DNA from: Octopus sinensis
Lineage: Eukaryota
Assembly (NCBI RefSeq): GCF_006345805.1
Contig: NC_043007.1
Coordinates: forward strand, 42,036,001-42,100,000
Length of the DNA stretch: 64,000 nucleotides
Direction: 5' to 3'
The notes beneath the pieces are model-generated. The model had not been told where the DNA came from and did no database searches. It saw only the letters and a list, made by a program, of their open reading frames with translations. Positions 51,591 through 64,000 of the stretch are shown here, piece after piece; the stretch's first letter is position 1, and each line of letters opens with the position of its first letter. The position numbers and the translations under genes are program-made.

Positions 51591-52723
51591 CGCTAACGAA
51601 CAGGGCCTCAGCTAGCATGAGTGTGTGTGTGTCTGTGTGTTATGCGCCAAAATGATTTCCTCTGCCTGAGTCGATCTCTTCCCTGTCGCACAACATCAAA
51701 ATGAATGAATCGAAAGATTTGCAGGTAAACGGCTGGAATAAGTCCTACACACTTTAGCCACTGAATCAAAGGTTTGCTGAACTCACTAAGAAAGAGGACC
51801 TCATCCAGCATGAATGTCTCTGTGTGAGGGTGTATGTTATGCACCAAGAGATTTCATCTGCCCCAGCCGGCTCCTTCCCTGTTGCACGACATCAAATTGA
51901 ATGAGTCAGAAGATTGGCGGGTGAACGGTGGGGTGTAATTCCAACACACTTCCGCCACCGATTTTAGCTTCGCTGCATCTGTTAACTGTTAACGGATACC
52001 AAACGTTTTTGAGCAGCCACCCCTTGACACCTAGGCCACAGTCCTAGTGCCACCACCACAGAAGGATCCAAAATACCCACTAGAGGTAAGCTAAGGAAAC
52101 ACCAATTTAGTTTACATGCTGTCACTGTTTTTTCAAGGATAGCCTATTCTGCTCTGCAATAGCTACTGATACTAGGTGGTGGTGAGTTAAATGTTAAGTG
52201 GTTCATCCAGAGATACTATACTATGTCACTGATAGCATGTGAGCTGCCACTTACAGGGCATGATATCTCATCACCTTCACCTATTTTATAGTTTTCTGTA
52301 TGTGTGTGTGTATGTATGTATATATGTATGTATGTATGTATGTATGTACGTATGTACATATGTGTGTATGCATACATGTGTGTATACATGTAAAAATGCA
52401 GATATAACAAAGGAATTAAGTTTCACAATCTTGAGCTTTCAAGCACGATCCCACAGTGTGCAATATTATACAAACATCTTTTATTCAATCAGATCTGATC
52501 AAGTAAGAGGTACTTTGTACAATATTTCACAGAATTTGTGTGAAAGTCATTCAACTGGACTATACCTGTAATTCAAAAGCCCAACCTCATTATATAATGT
52601 GTTGCACTGGTGCTGTCTGAGAATTGTATTATGGCTACTTAAGCCTCAGAAATACCCTGCCAACTACACCTTAGTCCAATAAACAAGTAATCCAGTTTTT
52701 AGGACATGACATACACACACATG

Positions 52724-52766
<43 letters not shown>

Positions 52767-53962
52767 AGCAGATGAGACCAGCAGCATCAAACTCCCTCAT
52801 TCTTCAAATGCCACATATCAGAGGAGGTTTCAAGCAGTGAAGATATAGCGAAGCCAACAGCGATGCCCCAGCATAGCTGCTGCTCTTGAGCTGAAACTAG
52901 TAAAAGAGTTAGAGAGTAAATAGTTTTGTATATATATATATATAGGCACAGGCGTGGTTGTGTGGTAAGAAGCTTGCTTCCTATCCACATGGTTCTGGGT
53001 TCAGCCCAACTGCGAGGCACATTGGGCAAGTGTCTTCTACTGTAGTCTCGGGCCAAACACAGCCTTGCGAGTGAATTTGGTAGATGGAAACTGAAAGAAG
53101 CCCACATATATATATATATTTTGAGTGAGTGAGATAGAGAATGTATTGAGGCCAAATGTGGAGGTGGTGTGAAAGAGAAAGAAAGGGTAAGGAACTATAG
53201 GAAATGTAGGTGAATGAAGGAATGACAAGAGAGAGAGAGAGAGAGAGAGAGAAGGAAGGAGGGAGAGAGGAAGGGAGGAAAGAAAACTGGTCAGTCAGAC
53301 AGACAAGTGGGCAGACATTCTGACAGACATTAGAGATATGTGGGTTAATTCTGTAAATGTCAAATTCTGTTCCAGTCACATCCAGTTCTGGGAAATTAAA
53401 TGATTCATCCCCCACCCTTATTCCTACTCTCATATCCAATCCTAGCTTCTACCCTCAACCCTTCCACTACCCTTCCACCCTGATAGGCACATTCTAATTT
53501 TCACATTTGTCTATCACCATATTGCCCCACCTACCTCACTATCCTACCACCTGCTTTGGTCTCGGAATAATGGAATTACTACTTTCCTGTTAATTAACAT
53601 CAAAGTGGCAGAAAGGAAATTAGTGCCAGGCAGTATGTTGCTGGAGGTCAGTTCAAGGAATAGAGGTCAGGGGTTATGTGTTAGGTGGTTAAGGTCGAAT
53701 GGGTGAGAAGTGATAATGCATTTCAGAGATGTAAACAGTGTCCAAGTAAATAATGGATTAGCTGAATCAGATCCATAAACTTAAATGAGTTTCTTAATGT
53801 ACATACATATGTGTGTGTATGAGAGAGAGAGAGAGAGTGTGCATGCACGCATGTGTGTGTGTATCTAAAAGTTTAATTTTGCTCTGCCATTATTGCATTC
53901 AACATGATAACTGAACAGTGGAAATCTAATTTAAAAGATATAGTCTTATGAATATGAATATA

Positions 53963-54995
<1,033 letters not shown>

Positions 54996-55077
54996 TTCAG
55001 ATGAATTAGGTACTTAAGTTGAGGCACCATAATTTAGTAAAGTATTATCCATGCAGTTTCAAAATAAGTCGATTAAA

Positions 55078-55587
55078 AACAAAATAAGCAACAGGATATC
55101 CAGAGGTAATACATTACAATCATGTCAAGCAACTCCATTTAATTGAACAATGCAACCATTACATCAATTTAAATGCAGAGCAATCCTCAGCTGCATAAAT
55201 AAAACAGATGGACACAGTAGTATAATTTTACCTAAAACCTCCAAGAAGGTAAGGAGATAGACAATGAACATGATGTGTTCACTTCAGTTTAGAAGCTACT
55301 AAGGTATAAGGAAGAAAGACTTGTTAGAGATCTAGCTTGTCACTGTTTTTTGAGGTCAGTTTTAATTTGGAAGTTTTAGGTAAAATTATGCAGTTTTAAT
55401 TTGGAGGTTTTAGGTAAAATTATATTAATGTGTCCATCTGTTTTAATTTAATTTATTTCTATGTATTTATGCAGCTGAGGATTGCTCTGCATTTAAATTG
55501 ATCTAATGGTTGCATTGTTCAATTAAATGGAGTTACTTGAAACTATCGTACTGCATTACCTCTGGATATCCTGTTGCTTATTTTGTT
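55078..55587. repeat. Fold-back element: arms 55078-55244 and 55401-55587, each containing a hammerhead-like motif
   Basis: The arms are reverse complements over about 165 bp, apart from an AT-rich insertion and a few substitutions. Confidence 0.9.
55469..55556 (+). ncRNA. Type-I hammerhead motif with extended stem II
   Basis: AUGCAG-CUGAGGA-[long stem II]-GAAAC-UAUC-GUA-CUGCAU; 6-bp stem I and a GUA cleavage triplet ending at 55550. Confidence 0.65.
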
Positions 55588-55589
55588 GC

Positions 55590-55950
55590 AGAAGTGGCTG
55601 TGCGGTAAGTAGCTTGCTTACCGACCAAATGGTTCCGGGTTCAGTCCCACTGTGTGGCACCTTAGGCAAATGTCTTCTACTATAGCCTCGGGCTGACCAA
55701 AGCCTTGTGAGTGGATTTGGTAGATGGAAACTGAAAGAAGCCCATCGTATATATGTATATGTTTGTGTGTCTGTGTCTGTCCCCCCAACATCGCTTGACA
55801 ACCGATGGTGGTGTGTTTACATCCCAATAACTTAGTGGTTCAGCAAAAGAGACCAATAGAATAAGTACTAGGCTTACAAAGAATGAGTCCTGGGGTCAAT
55901 TTGCTCGACTAAAGGCAGTGCTCCAACATGGGTGCAGTCAAATGACTGAA
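55590..55950 (+). mobile_element. SINE family A copy
   Basis: Same head and tail. Further partial heads at about 2520-2672(-), 7690-7820(-), 10925-11095(+), 14830-14995(-), 38332-38490(-) and 52944-53105(+). Confidence 0.85.
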
Positions 55951-56015
55951 ACAAGTAAATTAGGAAAAGAGTATATATATATATATATATATCATCATCA
56001 TCATATATATATATA

Positions 56016-57207
56016 TTAGGTCATCAAGTATCAAATTTGTAGTAAGGTATATGGTAAACTTTGACAGCTGCTCATTTTGACAATCTTTATTTTTTGTTAG
56101 AAAGCTGATACATCTATTTCTTTATTCTAACTCATTTTGCACTTTATAAAGTATTTATAAATCGTTTTTTGCTATTTTTGTTAAGAGATGGGTAAGTCAG
56201 AAATTTGTACAGTTTTGAAATATGAGTTCTTTCTTGGAAATACATCACAGACTGCTCAGAACATTAATGGAGTATTTCATTCTAATGTTATTACACAGCT
56301 GACAGTATCAAATTGGTTTGCAAAATTTAATTCTGGTAACTTTGACCTCACATCTCAAGGTGCCTGTGAATTATAATTGTTGTTTGGTGTTAGCAAGCAA
56401 ACAATATTGTCTCTCCTAGTTCAAATCGGTAAAGTGAAAAAGTTGGATGAGTGGGCTTCACATGAACTCAATGAAAATCAGAAACAGCAACGTTTGGAAG
56501 CCTGCATTATGCTACTTTCTCATCACTAAAATGAATCATTTTTGAATCGAATTGTAATATATGATGAAAAATGGATCCAATACAACAACTGTAAATGTTC
56601 AGCACAATTCTTGAACAAAGATGAGCCACCAAAACACAGTCCAAAAAGCAAAATTCATCAAAAGAAGCTGGTGGTGTGTGTTTGGTGGTCTTGCACCAGT
56701 GTGGTCCATTATAATTTCATTAAACGTGGCTCATCAATCACAGCTGAAGTATAGTGCAGCTCACTGGACCAAATGATGCAGAAACTTACAAAAAACAGCC
56801 TACATTAGTCAACAGATCCACTCCTATTTTATTGCAAGACAACACCAGACCACACATTGCAAAAATGACATTGGTGAAACTACAGGAGCAGGAGTTGGAA
56901 GTTCTCCATCATCCACCATACTCACCTGATCTTTCCCCCACTGACTACCACTTCTTCCAGAATTTGGATAACTTTTTGATTAGAAAAAAAATTAATTCTG
57001 ATGATGCTGTAAAATAGGCCTTCCAAAATTTTATTGACTCTAGATTGCCAGGCTTTTACAGTTCCAGGCTGGACGAGCTACCACTGAAATGGCAAAAGTG
57101 TATTGACAATATGGGTGCATACTTTGATGAATAAGACTATTCCTTGTATTCATAATACATTAACAAACTTTTTTTCTTTTCTACAAATTTCATACTTGAC
57201 GACCTAA
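56016..57207 (+). mobile_element. mariner (DD34D, SETMAR/cecropia-like) element, inactivated
   Basis: TIRs TTAGGTCATCAAGTAT / ATACTTGACGACCTAA. Motifs WASHEL, IVIYDEKW, QDNTRPH and HPPYSPDLSPTDYHFF. Confidence 0.93.
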
Positions 57208-57342
57208 TCTATATATATATATAAAATGTAGCTCATGGGCTGGTTCCTTTGCATATAACAATGTATTTATGGGGGAAGCACATATAATTATGTACATATA
57301 ATATACAAATACATGCCCCCACAAGCACATATATGCATAAAT

Positions 57343-57395
<53 letters not shown>

Positions 57396-57699
57396 AAAAC
57401 AAATAACAACAGATGGATAATGAGTCAGTCCACTATGGCTGTTTCCAATGAGTTTTTAATTGATTAATGGAGAAATTACATCATTAGAAAAAAACTCTTT
57501 TCATCAGGTGAATACATGAATCACATTGAAAAACATTCAAAAGCCAACAGTTTGTGCCACTTCATAATTCAATGACCAGTGCAGGTCATAAGAATGAATT
57601 TGTTCAATTTGGTTGTATCATAGGAGAAAAGTACCATGAGGTTAGGTGTGATTAGTGAAGTAACATAGATTTATAACAGTGAAGGAGTTGGTTCCTGTG

Positions 57700-60093
57700 T
57701 CTCTTTTGTATGTCTTTTCTACTTTTTACCAATTTTACCTAGGCATTTGGTAATTACAACATCTTCACGACTTTGTTTTCCATTCTTATATGCCCTCATA
57801 AACACCCTTTCACTAATTTTAAAGAATCTTGTCATGCTTTCCCAGGCACTTTTCCTCGTCTTGCCTGGTATCAATGTATCGAAGACTGATTTTACTTTCC
57901 TCGCCAACATCAGCTCCATTAGTGATCCACCTGCTGGTGTAGTTGGATTTGGTGTCACATGGTACACTCTTAAAAATTGGTGTAGAGCTACCTCATCCAT
58001 GACTTCCTTATTTGATTTTCTAAGGGTTCTCTTGAAAGTATCAACAAAGCATTCTACCTACCCATTAGATCTGGGATGATATGGTGCTGTAGTTATGTGT
58101 TCTACAGCAGACGTTTCACAAAATGTTCAAAATTTGCTAAACACAAGTTGCGTTCTATTGTCAGACACTATCTTGTCTGAAATGTCAAATCCTGCAAACA
58201 ATTTGTGTAAAAAATTTATCACAGTTGAGGAGGTAGGTTTTTTACACTTGCAAGTTTCAGGTCATTTCAAGAAACTGTCAACAACCACTAAGTAGTATGA
58301 ACTGTTTAAAGGACCAGTGAAATCGATGTGTAGTCTCAACCATGGAACATCTACTTTTGAACTTTTTATCATGGGCAATTTTTCATTTTGTTTTGACTTA
58401 CATACAGGTGTTCCACTCTGTTTTACTGCAATTTTTTATTTCACTCCTTCAGTCACATTCAAACTTTTGACTCAACCGACTATATTTCCACACAAAACAC
58501 TTATGGGCATATTCCATACTTTGAATAGTTCCATCCACTTTGTGCTGAATAAATCAAGTGAACTTTTTAACACATATATCTTTGCATTTTTCACTTGACC
58601 TCGAAATGTTACATTACGTATGAATTCACCAAAAAAATATAATCCTTTTCCCATAATACCATGTGCTACTTTTTTCAATTTAATTAATTTCAGCTTATTG
58701 ACATATTCCAAGTTTTTTTTGTTTATAATGGTGATATCACTTCCAGTGTCTAATTTCATTTTAACATTTATATTTCTGATTTTCACCTTCACAAATTTCC
58801 TCATCATTATATTATCAATTTCTCCCAATGATATACTATTTATTCTTTTTCTTTTTGTTCTGATGTTTTGTCATCTTTGTTCTACAGTGCATCTTTATAT
58901 GTCCTATATTTCCACAACGAAAGCACTCCGCTTTCTTAAATGGATAATTTTTCCTCAGATGTATACCTCCACATACAAAACATGGGTCTATTTCCTGATT
59001 TTTGTTGTGTTTTTTAGAAAACACTTTTCTCTATTCTAACTATTTCGCATTTGCTTTACTTGGAAACAATCTTTACATTTAATTTCCTCAATGTCACATC
59101 TTAATTTGACTATCCTTTCACATTCTTCTGACACTTGCTGTGGGGTTACATCTAGTTTTGTTCCAGCTTTGTGAGATTTCTAGTTCTAACTTCTGTGTCC
59201 TTTATGGCAGTAAGTCCCTGTGTAAAAATCAGGCATTTGAACATAACTAGCCTTAATTTATCCATCTTAAACTTCTCACATTTCCTGTTTACTCTACCAG
59301 TATATGTGATGTAGTCCTCATCATTGTTTTTCTCTATGTTCAGATACTTCCAACGTGTGTTGAACAATGAGCTTTTTTCACTGCAAAATTTTACACAATA
59401 TATTTATTGTGTCATTAAAGTTTACATCCGAAGGTTTTCTTGGAAGTACATAATTACTGTATCAGTCATGATCTGTAGCTGCCAGTTTTCTCAAGATTAA
59501 GCACATTTTCATCTTGTTGTCCCAATCTTTACGTCCTTTCTCGAAGATTTGCTCATATCTTCTGTAGTATTCTTCGAAGGTAACTCTTTCATCAGGTTCA
59601 TATTTGAACTCTGTTATGGAGTTTGCAACATAGTCTGACAAGAACACTTTTTCTGAATTCCCTGACAACTTCCGTAATTGCAGTATTTGTTGCTGTTTTT
59701 GCAACTTGAGCAAAGCTTCCAACAAATTTTCCATACTTTTGTGATTTTTCATAAAATTCGTACACCAACTTTATGAGTTCATTAACTCCTCTTTGAGTTT
59801 CTATTAACTCCATGTGAATTGGTTTATCCTCATCGAATTTATTAATTCCTCGTGAGTTGTTTAAATCCTCGTCACTACTGTTATAATCCTTTAAAATGTT
59901 GGATTGTTATAATGCCCAATTTGGTATGCAGTATACCTAGTAAAATCAGTAAAGAACGACTATCTCTGACCACCTACTACGTACTCCAGTACTCTATGTA
60001 CTTCTCTTCACGTACTTCTCTTTCTTATAGTAACTATGTTATTCCAGTCGTCACGTGGGAGGGGTGTACCATTATTACTAATTTCCTCCAACA
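57700..60093 (-). mobile_element. Ty3/gypsy (K02A2.6-like) LTR retrotransposon lacking RT and RNase H
   Basis: gag (SITEFKYEPDERVTFEEYYRRYE), zinc knuckles (CFRCGNIGHIKMHC), protease LDTGSDITII, then directly integrase (PWLRLHIDFTGP, PYHPRSNG, FLRVYHVTPN); no 3' LTR found. Confidence 0.9.
59879..60093 (-). repeat. 5' LTR (215 bp) of the gypsy element, with adjacent PBS-like motif
   Basis: TGTT...AACA termini on the minus strand, followed immediately by GTAGTGACGAGGAT (59878-59865). Confidence 0.75.
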
Positions 60094-60865
60094 AATAGAA
60101 TATATGATAACCATAATTCAATAATTCTAATGATGTAATTTCTCCATTAATTAAAAACTCATTGGATACAACTGTAGTGGATTGACACTTTATCCATCTG
60201 TTGTTATTTGTTTATTTATTATTCACCTCTCTCAGAACCTGCTCCTTGCATGGATCCAAAATATATTATGGACTGTAAATTTAGTGCAATGTACATTTCC
60301 TAGTGTAGCCTTAGGGCTCATGATATACTCAGTTAGGTACAATTAATTGTATACATAACCTGAATATCTTTCTACCTGTATTTTGGTACCCATATATGTA
60401 TTCCTCTACTTTTGTTGAGTATTTTGGACCTGACTTGGTGCCTTACCATCTAAGTGCCATATTCACTCAAATCCTGATCTATTATATTCTTTTATTACTT
60501 TACTTGTTTCAGTCATTTGACTGCAACAATGCTGGAGCAATATATATATTATATTTAAGTCTCAGGGTCTGATTCAGCTAATCTATTATTTAATCCATTA
60601 TTTACTTGGACACAGTCCAGATCTCTGAAATGCCTTATTATCACTTCTCACCCACTCACCCTTGAGAGATCATCTTATATATAGTATTTGATATACATTT
60701 ATTCGTCTATATATAGGCTGTGAGTGTAAAGCTGCCCCTGCCTTATCGTACAAACTGCATGGCAACCTCACAAGTGCTGGTAGTCAAAAAAAAATCACCA
60801 AGCACATATAAATCATGTACATGCATGTTTGTATATGTGTATGTGGGTGCAGATGTATGTATGTA

Positions 60866-62309
60866 TCTCTTATTATAAAAGGCAGATTTTATCTGCCTCC
60901 CTTTGTCTCTTATAGAAATCTACAATATAGGATTTCTTCAATTACAATTTACCTAGCATTTTTAAGAGTAGAATGCATCGGGTCGTGCCAGGTCCAGTTT
61001 TTAAAATTTCAACCCCAATTAAGCAAAATTTAGAGAAAACTCACATTGTGGTGTGTAAGTCAAGTGCTTTTCTTAGTGTGGGCTATAGCACACGCACACA
61101 CACACACACACAAAAAGGGAGCGATCTGATTCACTCACGCTATCACTCTAATTTCTACGATTTTCTCTTTGCAAGTTTGCAACGATTAAAGTGAAACTAT
61201 TTCTATAAAACGAGAGAAGTGTACCTTAAACCACTACTAAAAAAAAAAACACAGCAAACAGAAACAAATAAATACATAACGATTTACTCCTCACACAATT
61301 TCTTCAATTAGAGTTTACCCATGATTTTTCAAAGTACTTCCATTGGGTCATGCCATACAAAATTTCTTTCAATTTTACCCCCAATTAAGACAAAATTCGA
61401 GAAAACTCAATATTTTAACATTTCACTCCGAAAGCATTGATGTACATGTGTGCGTGCGTGAGTGTGTGTGTGTCATTCCTCACACACACGCATACACATA
61501 CATATATGACAGTGACAAACACAAACGTTTCAAACAACTACATACAAACACGTGTGTGTTTGTTATTAGTAAAAAAGGCGCCAAAGCACAACTCACTTCT
61601 CATTCCAACACATTTGCAAAGACACACGGACGGTCGAATTGCTATAACAATACAGAAAAGGTAAATTGGTTTTTATTTTACTTTCTGTCGTTAAATTTTG
61701 GTAGTATTAATTGGCGAGCCAAGCTTGCAGTATGAAACAGTGTTTATGTATAAACAGACGACACTTATATATAGTTATTAATAAATGTATGCATCCGTTT
61801 AAAAAAAAAACCAAAACATATTTTATTCTTTATAAATGTTGTGTTCAAAATAACATTTTCTTTTAAGAATGTGTATATAACAAAGTATGTGTATATAACT
61901 ACGTGGCTTATATCTTTATATATAAAAGTGAAGTTGTGTGTCTGTCTCCTACGATTTAGATTCCTAACTACTCCCACATTTTGCGGTGCAGTGTAACCAA
62001 AACCGGGTATCTTATAGTCGTGATTCATATCGAGCCCTTCTGGGTATTAGCGTGCGTCTATGATGAGTCTACGATTTTTAAAAAATTTACCATCATATTT
62101 TTCCATTTTAATGCATTTTTTCGCTATTATATAAGGGAAGTAACTCTCTAAAAATATCTACGATGTGTCAACGATTAAAAAAAAAATTTACCTTAATTTT
62201 TTTTCCATTTTTAATGCATTTTTTTGCTATTTTTTGGCTATAACTCTCTAAAAATGCTTATATAGTTATTTCCCTTACAAACCCGAGCAACGCCGGGCGA
62301 TACTGCTAG
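60866..62309 (+). mobile_element. Non-autonomous Helitron
   Basis: 5' A|TC, 3' CTAG|T, hairpin CCCGAGCAACGCCGGG at 62282-62297 eight nt before CTAG, no TSD, inserted in a (TGTA)n tract. Confidence 0.88.
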
Positions 62310-62747
62310 TGTATGTATATATGTGTGTGCAGATGTATATATGTATGTATGTGTATGTATGTCTACCTTGCAGCTTGTCTGTGTGTCTATATGTATGTAT
62401 ATGAGTAAATTCTGATGTTACCTGTTCAAAGGAACATGTATGTTAGAATAAAGATCTCCAAATTTTAGGACTGAGTGTCAATGTTTTCTTAAAGCAGCAA
62501 ATTCAAGAAAATACTGTTCATTTCATTGAGTATCATACATTTGTAATTAAATATATACCAAGAGGTATATATTTGAATCCTTATCATCATCATCATCATT
62601 ATCATTTAATGTCTGTTTTCCATGCTGATGTGGGTTTTAGATACATACATACATACATCGGTAGATGATAGACAGACAGATAGATAGATTTCACTCTATC
62701 TTTTGCATTAAGTACTCTTTTCTTTGTTGTATATATATATATATATA

Positions 62748-62965
62748 CAAGGTGGGTGGCTGAAAAATTTGAGCTTTGGGTAAGAGAAAATACAGGAGGA
62801 TCAGTTAATTATGACTTTATTCAACATATTCCCCTCTCAAATTCACATACTTATTACAGTAGTCCTTCAGTTTCTCTAAGCCCTGTAAAAGAACTCAGAA
62901 GGTTGGGCCTCTGACCAGGCCTTTAGTGATACTCTTAATGCCAAGAACTTTTCAGCACACCCTTG
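62748..62965. mobile_element. mariner-derived MITE (second copy)
   Basis: Reverse-complement homologue of 34183-34397 with flanking TA. Confidence 0.8.
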
Positions 62966-63085
62966 TATGACTGAATATAGATGCAAATATACATACATGT
63001 ATGTATCTATGTATCTCTCTATCAATCTATCTATTTATCTCCCAGCCTGCCTTTCTATCTGTCTGACTGTCTGTCTGTATGTTTG

Positions 63086-63131
<46 letters not shown>

Positions 63132-63480
63132 GGCACACACATACATACACAACTGTGTACACACTTACACACACACACACTCACACACACACATACACTG
63201 TATTGGTAGGAGATCTTTCTTATTATGAAAAGTTATAAAAATTTTAAATATAAAACAGGTGTGAAAGACTCAACGGATGCAAAAGCAATTCACCAAGAAC
63301 TTTTCAGCACACCTTTGTATGACTGAATACAGATGCAAATATGCATACGTACATATATGTATACATGCATACATGTATTACATGTATGTGTGTATGTATC
63401 TCTCTGTCAATCTATCTATTTATCTCCCTGCCGGCCTTTCTGTCTGTCTGTATATTTGTATATGTGTATATATATATAAA

Positions 63481-63561
<81 letters not shown>

Positions 63562-63710
63562 ACACACACATACACAGCCATGTACACACACACACACACA
63601 CACACACACACTGTATTTGTATGAGGATCTTTCATATGTATGAAACGTTACAAAAATTTTAGATACAAAACAGAAGGCATTAAAGACTCAATGGATACAA
63701 AAGTCATTCA
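62941..63710. repeat. Tandem duplication of a unit of about 350-400 bp
   Basis: ccaagaacttttcagcacacc...tgactgaata.agatgcaaat starts at 62941 and again at about 63292; both units end in ...aaagactcaa.ggat.caaaag. Confidence 0.85.
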
Positions 63711-64000
63711 GACATAAAGAAAACTGATAATACCATAAACTGAAGTTAACAAACTATCTTGTTTATACAGTCAGCCTGTTTCTTACTTTAACATCCAGCT
63801 TTAGTTGAGTTCATTCGATTGCAAGTATCTGAAATAGATCCTGCCCCCTTAATTCTCTACAGCTCATTATTTGCGACAGCCATTGATCTGCAGATTTTCA
63901 GGATGGGCATCAACATGCTAGATGTTGAAGAGATCTTTATCGCAAGATATGAGAATACACCAATGCATTTCAGAAGGACAAGTGAGTGAATTTTGTGCAA

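Noticed and set aside
51620-51980. Two diverged tandem copies (about 215-bp period) of a coding-looking fragment
   Set aside because: The duplication is real but could not be assigned to a family; probably a decayed LINE end.
63862-63981. Frame with three in-frame TGA and no other stops (selenoprotein idea)
   Set aside because: Another frame is fully open and no Sec motif is evident; three TGAs in 40 codons are compatible with chance.

Overview
AT-rich, intron-rich animal genomic DNA. The SINE families and very high microsatellite density look like an Octopus genome (inference, not checked by search). One protein-coding gene is well supported: the last four coding exons of IFT43 (+ strand, 5905-29760), with canonical splice sites, matching phases and a stop codon. 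Nearly everything else is transposon-derived: RTE, CR1/L2-like and R4/Dong-like LINE relics, several tRNA-derived SINE families (some in head-to-tail arrays), Tc1 and mariner elements, piggyBac-, hAT- and Tigger-type MITEs, a KIAA1586-like hAT relic, an internally deleted Ty3/gypsy element with one LTR, a complete non-autonomous Helitron and a Naiad-type Penelope-like relic. The most striking unexplained signal is a set of at least five or six unrelated short microsatellite-anchored elements that each carry a minimal type-I hammerhead ribozyme fold. These include a G3:C8 compensated core (12152-12202), a tRNA-headed SINE carrying a hammerhead (22262-22562) and a 510-bp fold-back whose arms are both hammerhead motifs (55078-55587). 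All RNA structures were paired by eye and need folding, covariance and cleavage tests. The short ORFs in the supplied track are mostly microsatellite or repeat noise.
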